This document shows, piece by piece, positions 1 through 6,873 of a stretch of 12,141 nucleotides of DNA (its first letter is position 1; every line of letters begins with the position of its first letter). The position numbers and the translations under genes are program-made. Below the pieces are notes generated by a model. It did not search any database. It saw only the letters and a program-made list of their open reading frames with translations, and had not been told where the DNA came from. The DNA lies in assembly GCA_051382305.1 (NCBI GenBank), contig JBBCAV010000389.1, positions 1-12,141 of the forward strand. Reading direction: 5' to 3'. Origin of the DNA: Bdellovibrionota bacterium FG-2 (lineage in GTDB: Bacteria > Bdellovibrionota > UBA1018).

Positions 1-1274
1 AAGGGCCTCTCTTCATCTACCAACTCTATTGCCAACTCATCAAGAGCATCCCTCGCGTTGGCAAGGGCATTGATCCAAACCTGTTCTAATTGGAAAGGAT
101 CTCCATTAACCGGGCGAAGTCCTTCGTGCAAATCGGTTACGATCTGAATACCGCGCAATTTGAGTTGCGCCCCCATAAGCATAAGCGCCGATTGCATCGT
201 TTCGTTGACGCTAAGGGGGCCGAACTCGAGATTACCTTGCCTAGAAAATTCGCGAACATGCTTTATCACTCGATTACAGCGCTCAATAGATGTCGTTATT
301 TCTTTAAGTGCAGTATCAAGCTCCACCTCGCTCAAAAGCTTTTTTTCGTTAAGTTTCCTGATGAGATCAACCGCCAGAGAAATTCCGGCCAATGGCTGAT
401 TCATCTCATGGGCCATCCCCGCGGACATTTCGCCTAAAGTGGACAATTTCGCGGTTTCAAAAAGCTGGGCTTGAGACTGGACAAGGTCCGACGCTTGCCC
501 TTTTATCACCTCTTGATGCAGCTTAACCTGAGTGACCATTATATTGAAAGTCTTCGCAAGGGCCGCCAATTCATCACTTCCCTTAACATTCAAGACGACA
601 TCCAGTCGTCCAACACCAATAGCTTCAGTCGCGATTTCCATTTCCTTTAGCCGTTTCACCAAATTTAAGAACAGAAAAGCCGCAATAAAGCCAGAAACAA
701 GGAGGCCTAAAAGAAACAGTCCCACAACCAGCCATTTAATATAAGCAAGTTTGGTCGCAAAAATCTGCGAATCACTTCGACTTCTTGCCTCTAAAAGAGA
801 AATCGCGCGAGTGATTTCGGGAATAAATTTACCTACAAAAAGTTCTCTTCGCGTCGTCAATAGAAGTTGTTTGGCATTTTCAAAATCACGCAACTCAAGA
901 AACCCTCCGACTTGATCCAAAACCTGATCCAAGTCGGCGTAGAGGCTGATCGAAGCTTGAGCAGGGCTCGCCTGCACCTCTCCATACAAGACTCGCAGCC
1001 TCTCAATCGATTTATTAATTTCATTTTCAGCAGCCTTGAGTTGCTCGAGAGACCTTGCGCGGTCAAATCCCAATAAAACCTCATAGGTAATCAAAAGGCG
1101 ATCTCGAACCTTTGCGCGAAAAGTTGTGAGATTAAGCAATTCAAGCTCAGTTCGGGATGCCGCGACCTTAAAAGCCAGAACTTCGGATGTTTGCCAATAA
1201 ACTATACTTATCGTCAAAAGAAACGGAATAATCGCGCCCAGCAATAGTGTGAGAAGTCTTGTTCGGAGTTTCAT
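1..1274 (-). CDS. Membrane-bound HAMP-domain sensor histidine kinase (NtrB/DctB-like HisKA), 3'-truncated by the window edge
   Basis: Not in the ORF track; translated by hand from ATG at 1274, and the frame stays open to the window edge (~424 codons). Features: TM1 (MKLRTRLLTLLLGAIIPFLLTISIVYW), a periplasmic helical region, TM2 (WLVVGLFLLGLLVSGFIAAFLFL), HAMP (KRLKEMEIATEAIGVGRLDVVLNVKGSDELAALAKTFNIM), H-box (KLSTLGEMSAGMAHEMNQPL) and N-box (QLEQVWINALANARDA). Confidence 0.93.
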   Translation of the reverse strand, partial: MKLRTRLLTLLLGAIIPFLLTISIVYWQTSEVLAFKVAASRTELELLNLTTFRAKVRDRLLITYEVLLGFDRARSLEQLKAAENEINKSIERLRVLYGEVQASPAQASISLYADLDQVLDQVGGFLELRDFENAKQLLLTTRRELFVGKFIPEITRAISLLEARSRSDSQIFATKLAYIKWLVVGLFLLGLLVSGFIAAFLFLNLVKRLKEMEIATEAIGVGRLDVVLNVKGSDELAALAKTFNIMVTQVKLHQEVIKGQASDLVQSQAQLFETAKLSTLGEMSAGMAHEMNQPLAGISLAVDLIRKLNEKKLLSEVELDTALKEITTSIERCNRVIKHVREFSRQGNLEFGPLSVNETMQSALMLMGAQLKLRGIQIVTDLHEGLRPVNGDPFQLEQVWINALANARDALDELAIELVDEERP

Positions 1275-1349
1275 TCTCTACTTACAATTGTAATAGACGG
1301 GCCAGGTTTAGCAAATACATTTGAAATTGTGGGCAAATATGCTGTATTG

Positions 1350-1664
1350 CTATCGCCTCGATTTTGACGGTGAATGATCTGCTTTTGAAAAAATCCGGCG
1401 CGGTTCGTAGACAGTTTCAATTTCGATCAAGTTCTTTTTTATCCGATAAACAATCCGGTACCCCGCTTCGACTAACTCCCGCAAATCCTCTGAAGCATAC
1501 TCAGGAACAATGCGCCCTGAGGTGGGAAAATCGGCTAGAATCTTAGTACGTTCAATGAGCCGTTGAATGAATTGCTCCGCATTGGCAGGTGATCCTTGAT
1601 TGACAATATAGTCCTGAATCTCAAATAGTTTCTCGCGAGCCTCATCCGTCCAAACAATTTTCAT
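1350..1664 (-). CDS. Type II toxin, RelE/ParE superfamily
   Basis: 104 aa with typical ParE/RelE-family motifs: MKIVWTDEAREKLFEIQDYI...LADFPTSGRIVPE...LRELVEAGYRIVYRI...IEIETVY. Overlaps the upstream antitoxin by 4 nt (ATGA). Confidence 0.92.
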   Translation of the reverse strand: MKIVWTDEAREKLFEIQDYIVNQGSPANAEQFIQRLIERTKILADFPTSGRIVPEYASEDLRELVEAGYRIVYRIKKNLIEIETVYEPRRIFSKADHSPSKSRR

Positions 1665-1951
1665 TTTCGCGTTTTACGCCTTTTAGCAAGTTGGCGCTCC
1701 AACTCCTCAGTACTGACCACCCGGCCCGCATCACCATCCGCAACGCCTTTTGCGACAGACGCCATAAAACGCTCTGAATAAATTCGGTCGTACTCTTCGG
1801 GCGACACAATAACGCCTGCGGCTTTGCCGTTCTTAGTAATCACAATCGGATGCCCCGAACTCTGCACACGATCAAGATAAGCTCCCGCGTGGTCCTTAAA
1901 CTCAGCGACCGTTACAAGATCCGTTGAAAGTTGAATTGCTTTTAAGCCCAT
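1661..1951 (-). CDS. Type II antitoxin, Phd/YefM family
   Basis: 96 aa with the Phd/YefM signature VTVAEFKDHAGAYLDRVQSSGHPIVITKNGKAAGVIVSPEEYD. AGGAGG RBS at 1957-1962 (minus strand). Lies directly upstream of the toxin. Confidence 0.93.
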   Translation of the reverse strand: MGLKAIQLSTDLVTVAEFKDHAGAYLDRVQSSGHPIVITKNGKAAGVIVSPEEYDRIYSERFMASVAKGVADGDAGRVVSTEELERQLAKRRKTRK

Positions 1952-1975
1952 TAAAACCTCCTGAAGGGAACCATC

Positions 1976-2006
1976 AGTATAGCGTGTTTAAACGACCTTT
2001 AAAAGG
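1976..2006 (-). promoter_or_regulatory. Putative TA promoter (-10 TATACT) with two adjacent palindromes, a candidate antitoxin operator
   Basis: Minus-strand TATACT at 1981-1976. Palindromes GTTTAAAC (1986-1993) and CCTTT-A-AAAGG (1996-2006) have TTTAAA cores 11 bp apart and cover the spacer/-35 region. Confidence 0.4.
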
Positions 2007-2052
2007 CATAATTATATCCGATAACAGCCGCTGAATTACCTCAAAACATCCA

Positions 2053-3059
2053 TCACTTAGAAGAAACCAACCCATCAAGCACCGTATAGAGAGGGCTCTT
2101 ATCGATGTAGATATCATCAAACTTGTACCCGGATTCGGCAAGAGAAGCAGACAGCAACTCCCCATTGAAAAGCGCCCCACCACCCGTGATCACAAGCAAG
2201 CCCACCCACTTCGAGGCAGTGTTATAATACTCTGTAATAAAATCCGTCGCGATGCGTCGAAAATCTTTGTTGGTATCCCAACGTGCGTTTTCTAAAATCA
2301 AAGATACATCGATCTGCTGGGTTGCAATCTCAAGTGACTTACATCCCAACTCGATTTGCTTCATAAGCCAGTAGGGCTCTACGCCTTCGATGTTTTCTTC
2401 TTTAAGGGCGCGCAAGATCGCGTCGCTATAGAAACGCGCGCCAAACTCCGTGATTGAAAACTTCTCCACCCCTTGCTGTGCGCTAACGACATACATTTTG
2501 GTTGACGCAAAACCGATATCGACAAACAAGGCGGAATCAAATTCAGATTTGATTTTGCCGACATACCCAATGACCCCGTCACTGGCAGGCACCACACTAA
2601 CTTTCAGTTCAACTATTTTCCTGATTTTCTGCGGCCCGCGATATGCGACGAGCTCAAACTTTCCCGCCATCGCCCCATAAATCGTCTCAAATACCTGCCT
2701 TTTTGTTGGCACATCCACGACAATACTTAGCTCGATTTCATCCCCCGAATCCGAATATCAAAAAGTGATTTTCTCAGAACCAGGCACGCGATCAAGTTGT
2801 TCCGGCAAATTCCCTCAGCGCTCTCATCGCCACAGTTCCAGCGCTCGTTTGGGCAATCCCCGCCAACCAGATAGCGAATCCCGCCAAACTCATGGCAAAT
2901 CACGCGATCGGCGCTCTCAGGCGCTTGGGTAGCCGCAGTTGGAAAAAAACTTCTCCCAAACAGTTTGTAATCGCCGCCAGCGTCAGCCCCTTCATCTTGA
3001 TGAAGGACACAAACTTTCGTGTAAAACGATCCGGCGTCAATGAAGATCTTTTTCTTCAC
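2053..3059 (-). pseudogene. Actin-like ATPase (ParM/StbA-type) split by a single-base frameshift at ~2730-2757; ~335 aa if joined. Either a pseudogene or a sequencing error
   Basis: ORF 2727..3059 carries phosphate-1 (IFIDAGSFYTKV) and the ParM-like segments FFPTA and GIRYLVGG. ORF 2053..2718 carries phosphate-2 (LFVDIGFASTK) and the adenosine motif (LVITGGGALFNG). The downstream frame is open from 2757 (YSDSGDEIELSIVVDVPT), overlapping the upstream frame, which stops at 2727-2729. Adding one base gives 1008 nt, a normal actin-fold length. Confidence 0.78.
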
Positions 3060-3083
3060 GCAGATGTCTTTAGGCTAAAAAAG

Positions 3084-3605
3084 CTAAAATACGATTTTCT
3101 TCGCAGGTTTGCCCTTCTTGCGAAGCTCCTGATAGCTCTTGCCCTTCTTAGGTTCACCCGACTCTTCAATCGTGATCAATTTTGCGGCATCAGTAGGATT
3201 GAATTCGTTTAAGCTGCTCTCGGGACCTCTTGGAGGAGCGTTAGAGGTCCCCGCCCCCTGATTCATATTCAATTTCCGAATCGTATTTTTGATGTCTCTA
3301 ATTTCTTCAAAAAGAGACGAATTCTCCAGACCGCTCGCTTGATTCTCTTTTGATTCCAACATCGAATCAAGATTATCGATCTTGTCTTTCGTCGAGCGAT
3401 GCAAGTTTCCCGAAGAAACTCTCTCAACTAGGTCTTGAAGACTCAAAAGGGGGTCACTCCCCCTTTTGCGGCTGCTTTCAGCTAACTTCAAATATGTTTT
3501 GAGCACAACCTTCAAAACATATTTGGAGCCTTCAGGATGTTGTTTACCGAAACGATAAAACAGGTTTTCGAGTTCTGAATCAATAACGAGATAAGATGAG
3601 TCCAT
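3084..3605 (-). CDS. Hypothetical protein; possible N-terminal ribbon-helix-helix, central coiled coil and low-complexity basic tail (ParR-like adaptor architecture)
   Basis: 173 aa with an AGGAGG RBS at 3610-3615. The N-terminus SYLVI-DSELENLFYRFGKQ-HPEG-SKYVLKVVLKTYL fits a strand-helix-helix pattern, and the tail is KKGKPAKKIVF. Located between two actin-like genes. The CDS is solid; the fold is inferred. Confidence 0.6.
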   Translation of the reverse strand: MDSSYLVIDSELENLFYRFGKQHPEGSKYVLKVVLKTYLKLAESSRKRGSDPLLSLQDLVERVSSGNLHRSTKDKIDNLDSMLESKENQASGLENSSLFEEIRDIKNTIRKLNMNQGAGTSNAPPRGPESSLNEFNPTDAAKLITIEESGEPKKGKSYQELRKKGKPAKKIVF

Positions 3606-3626
3606 ATTGCCTCCTAAAATTCTTGC

Positions 3627-4826
3627 CTAAAGTTCCTGAACGATATTAGCCACTGAAAAACCCGGCTTAACATCTTCGCCTTTATCCATTGCGATTTGAT
3701 CGCGAGCCAAAAGCATAAAACCCACACAATTGATATGCCGAGAGTCAACCCCGGTTGCCTTTGCATCCAGAACCCGCTGATCCACAACTTCTTGTGGCCA
3801 ACCAAAATAATCCCCAATGTTCTTCTTTATTTTATCAAACAGCAGATGAGCCCCGCCTCCAATGATAATAAAATAATCAATCGCCTGACCCTTCTGGGAC
3901 AAACTGGCCACGTCTGCGGCAACCTTATCCCCGATCTCGCGAGCAAGGATCGTGGTCTGCTGCTCCAAGAGTTTCGAAAAATCAAAGACCCCGGCACCTG
4001 GAACTTCAATCTTATAGTCCTTGGAAGGCAGTCGCTCCATTAAGCGCTGCTCGGGGATCTTAAACTTCTGGCCGCTGGATTCGAAAATGACGTTAGCGAT
4101 GTTTCGGGTAATCGTGAAAATCCCTTCAGTAAAGGACTCAGACAACCCGATCTCCGCCTCATTCTCCACCACCGGGAGCTTAATCCACGTCCCATGTCCA
4201 ATATCGATGACATAGGTATTCTGAACCGTCATATTATATTTACTGAATAACAGCGCCATGTACGCGCCGTAGGCCTGATACTGCATGACACTGAAGTCCA
4301 ACTGAATCTCAATCTCGCGGACCTCATTAAGCGCCACGTTCTTAGCTTTGATCAAAAGAAACTTTTTGCCATCCCGCTCTACCAAATGTTCCTTAATATA
4401 GGCGAAAAACTTCTCGATGACATTCTCCCCGTGCCGAACCGTGATCCCAAAACCAAGGCCGATACGATCAAGCTTTTGGCCCTTTTTCTCCATTTCTAAA
4501 GACAAAAGAAAAAGCCCCGCCTTGATCGCCACAAATGCGTCATCATAGTTCGTGAGCAACCCCTTATGGGTGAACCAATCGGTCTTCTCAGACCGTCTCG
4601 TCATGGCGCCCACATACCTCCACGAGTTCCGATTATCGTCAAACACGGCCACATTGCGAATCCAGCGCGAATCCGCTGAGCGATTCATGTGCCGCCAGCT
4701 ATTTTCCATCGCTTCGGTCAGAGCATCCCCCACGACCGAGGAAAACAAAACGACCGTATCATCGCAGCAAAACTTGCTCGCGGATGTCCCTAACTCCCCA
4801 CCTACTGCAAATGTTTCATCAGCCAT
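3627..4826 (-). CDS. mad28: Actin-like ATPase; probable Mad28-type magnetosome-associated actin (family assignment tentative)
   Basis: 399 aa. Phosphate-1 variant AVGGELGTSASKF, connect-1 FSVMQYQAYGAY, phosphate-2 YVIDIGHGTW, adenosine FIIIGGGAHLL and C-terminal INCVGF. The actin fold is well supported. The mad28 name is inferred from size and from context with HEAT and coiled-coil genes. Start overlaps the upstream stop (TAATG at 4828-4824). Confidence 0.62.
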   Translation of the reverse strand: MADETFAVGGELGTSASKFCCDDTVVLFSSVVGDALTEAMENSWRHMNRSADSRWIRNVAVFDDNRNSWRYVGAMTRRSEKTDWFTHKGLLTNYDDAFVAIKAGLFLLSLEMEKKGQKLDRIGLGFGITVRHGENVIEKFFAYIKEHLVERDGKKFLLIKAKNVALNEVREIEIQLDFSVMQYQAYGAYMALLFSKYNMTVQNTYVIDIGHGTWIKLPVVENEAEIGLSESFTEGIFTITRNIANVIFESSGQKFKIPEQRLMERLPSKDYKIEVPGAGVFDFSKLLEQQTTILAREIGDKVAADVASLSQKGQAIDYFIIIGGGAHLLFDKIKKNIGDYFGWPQEVVDQRVLDAKATGVDSRHINCVGFMLLARDQIAMDKGEDVKPGFSVANIVQEL

Positions 4827-6847
4827 TATCTAGATCCTTTAACTTCGCTCAGCTCCGCTTCGAGAGCTGCACGTGATTGAACAATGAGTTCGTATTCACC
4901 CTTCATGGATTCATACTCCTTAACCACTAAATCGCGCTCGTGCTTTGTTTTGGCCGTTTCTTTTTCAATTTCGGCGAAAGTTCGTTTCACCGTCTTGATT
5001 TCGTCGTCTTTTTCCCTGTTTGCACGGGTCGCTTGCGCAATTTGCGCCGTGAGTTCCTTCTCTTTTTTTGCAGCTTCTTCTTTTGCCCGATCAAGGTCTC
5101 GAGTCACTGTCTTCTTGAGCTCTTCGATCTCCGCTAGCGCCGCCGCTTTCTTCACTTCCAATTCTTTTCGAATTTCTTCTTCTATCCTCGCTTTTGCCCC
5201 AGCAATATCAGCCTTGATCTTCTCGATCTCAGCTTCACCTCGCTTCTTTTCTTCAGCAAGCTGGCGCTCAACTTCAGCTTTTTCGGCTTCCATCTGTTTT
5301 CTCAACTGGACGAGATGAGCCTCAACCTTTTCTTTATCTTCTTTGAACTTCTGCTCCATGGCCAAAAGTTCGTCTTTATACTTTAACCGCTCGGCTTCGA
5401 TCACCTTCGAGGCGTCCTCTAACTTCTTGGCGATCTCGGCGTCAACCCGAACCTTCTCTTCAGTCATTTCGGCCCGCATGGTGTCGCGCTCTTTTGCAAC
5501 TGAATCTAAGAGCTCCGCTTTTTCATCCCTCGCTTGAGCTAACTCCTGGGTCAACCGCTCCACGTTTGCCTGGACACTCGCCTGCTCGTCTTGAAACTTC
5601 TTCGAATTATACTGGAGACTCTCCACCTGGGCAACCAGGTCCTTGATCCGATCAACAACGAAAGCCTTTTTCTCTTTTACCAAGCTTTTTTGAGAAACGG
5701 CCTCATCGCTCTTGTCAATATTCTCTCTGATCGCCTTGCCTAGTTCAGCGATGTTGAATGGCTTGGCATAATACTGCTGAATGGCCCCTTCATTCATGGC
5801 TTTAATCGCCGCGTCCATTTCACCAAATCCCGTCAAAAGAAAAATCGGCAGATCGGGCTGCAATTTGCGAATCTCATAGGACAACTCGATCCCAGTCTTC
5901 TTGGGCATCCGGCAATCCGTAACCACTAAAGCAACCTCGGGATGTTGCTTAAGCATTGCAAGCGCCGCATCGGCTTGTTCTGCAACGATAATGGTGTATT
6001 TGCTCTTAAAAACGTCGGAAAACATGCGCCGCATGTCTTCTTCGTCATCCACAAACAAGACACAATCTTTGCCGTCGATCTTTTTACGAGTGCTTTTCGC
6101 TGTTAAATCGGAACCCACTTGGATGGTAGCGCCCTTCGTTGAATCGATCTGAATCTCGATCTCTTTGAGGGCGTCTTGGGCCTTCGTTTTTTCCTTATTC
6201 AAAAGATTTTTCTGGGCTTCCAACTGCCCAGATTTATCCTTGAGACTTACCGTCTCTTTTTCCAAATCGCCTATCCTTGTCTTAAAATGCGCGATGTCTC
6301 TAACGACACCTTGAACCCGGGCCAGACTTTGCTCTTCAAGCTGCCGAGCCTTTTCAAGTTGGACCTGAGCTTGTCTCTGTAGTTTTTCCGCATCGCTCAC
6401 GCGATCAAAAATAGTGTGAACCTTTTCGTAGACCGCTTTTACGTCAGCTTTGTCTATTGAACTACCGGCGTCCTGCCCTGAACGCAGCACCGAGAGCTTC
6501 TCAATCACACTTTTGAGTTCATGATAATTCAAGGGTTTAACAAAGCAGGTATCCGCCTGCTTGGATTCAATGGCCGCAAAAATATGTTCGTCTGTTGGAA
6601 GTCCCGCGGTTGTTACGATCTTAATCGCGTCACTACTCGCTCGTTCAAGCACCTCTGTAAAGGGTGCGCCAACAAGCGCCTCCGTCACAATGACGACTTG
6701 AGGCCGAAACCTTTCGATCAGTGCGTGGGCCGACTTGCCGTCAGTGCAAACCTCGACTTCATGGTAATGCTCCAGCTCTCCTTTGATCTCAGTCAAAAAC
6801 AGGCTATCCGCATCCACGACAAGAATTCTTTTTCTGCTGTTACTCAA
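4826..6847 (-). CDS. Double receiver (REC) domain protein with long coiled coils and no DNA-binding output domain
   Basis: 673 aa, TTG start with a GGAGGG RBS upstream. REC1 is degenerate (ILVVDADS...PQVVIVTEAL...FVKP). A coiled coil follows, then a canonical REC2 (LFVDDEED...VALVVTDCRMPKKTG...FLLTGFG...YYAKPF) and ~290 aa of E/K/A-rich heptad coiled coil. Confidence 0.85.
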   Translation of the reverse strand: MSNSRKRILVVDADSLFLTEIKGELEHYHEVEVCTDGKSAHALIERFRPQVVIVTEALVGAPFTEVLERASSDAIKIVTTAGLPTDEHIFAAIESKQADTCFVKPLNYHELKSVIEKLSVLRSGQDAGSSIDKADVKAVYEKVHTIFDRVSDAEKLQRQAQVQLEKARQLEEQSLARVQGVVRDIAHFKTRIGDLEKETVSLKDKSGQLEAQKNLLNKEKTKAQDALKEIEIQIDSTKGATIQVGSDLTAKSTRKKIDGKDCVLFVDDEEDMRRMFSDVFKSKYTIIVAEQADAALAMLKQHPEVALVVTDCRMPKKTGIELSYEIRKLQPDLPIFLLTGFGEMDAAIKAMNEGAIQQYYAKPFNIAELGKAIRENIDKSDEAVSQKSLVKEKKAFVVDRIKDLVAQVESLQYNSKKFQDEQASVQANVERLTQELAQARDEKAELLDSVAKERDTMRAEMTEEKVRVDAEIAKKLEDASKVIEAERLKYKDELLAMEQKFKEDKEKVEAHLVQLRKQMEAEKAEVERQLAEEKKRGEAEIEKIKADIAGAKARIEEEIRKELEVKKAAALAEIEELKKTVTRDLDRAKEEAAKKEKELTAQIAQATRANREKDDEIKTVKRTFAEIEKETAKTKHERDLVVKEYESMKGEYELIVQSRAALEAELSEVKGSR

Positions 6848-6873
6848 AGAACCCCCCTCCCCACATTAGAAAT

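Noticed and set aside
90-1084. Short ORFs 90..437, 160..399, 532..744, 867..1076 (+) and 857..1084 (-)
   Set aside because: They are shadow or alternate-frame ORFs lying within the minus-strand histidine kinase and have no recognisable motifs.
2758-2766. Programmed -1 ribosomal frameshift at the T5 run (CTT TTT GA)
   Set aside because: A -1 slip there puts TGA (2760-2758) in frame immediately, so any productive shift must occur downstream of 2758.
3627-4826. Calling actin A mreB, mamK or ftsA
   Set aside because: It lacks the GIDLGT and EPxAAA-type motifs of MreB/MamK, and there is no mreCD or ftsZ context.
2053-4826. Simple plasmid parMRC locus
   Set aside because: I saw no parC-like direct-repeat array, rep gene or transfer genes, and the actins are embedded in a long operon. 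Partition ancestry is kept only as a hypothesis.
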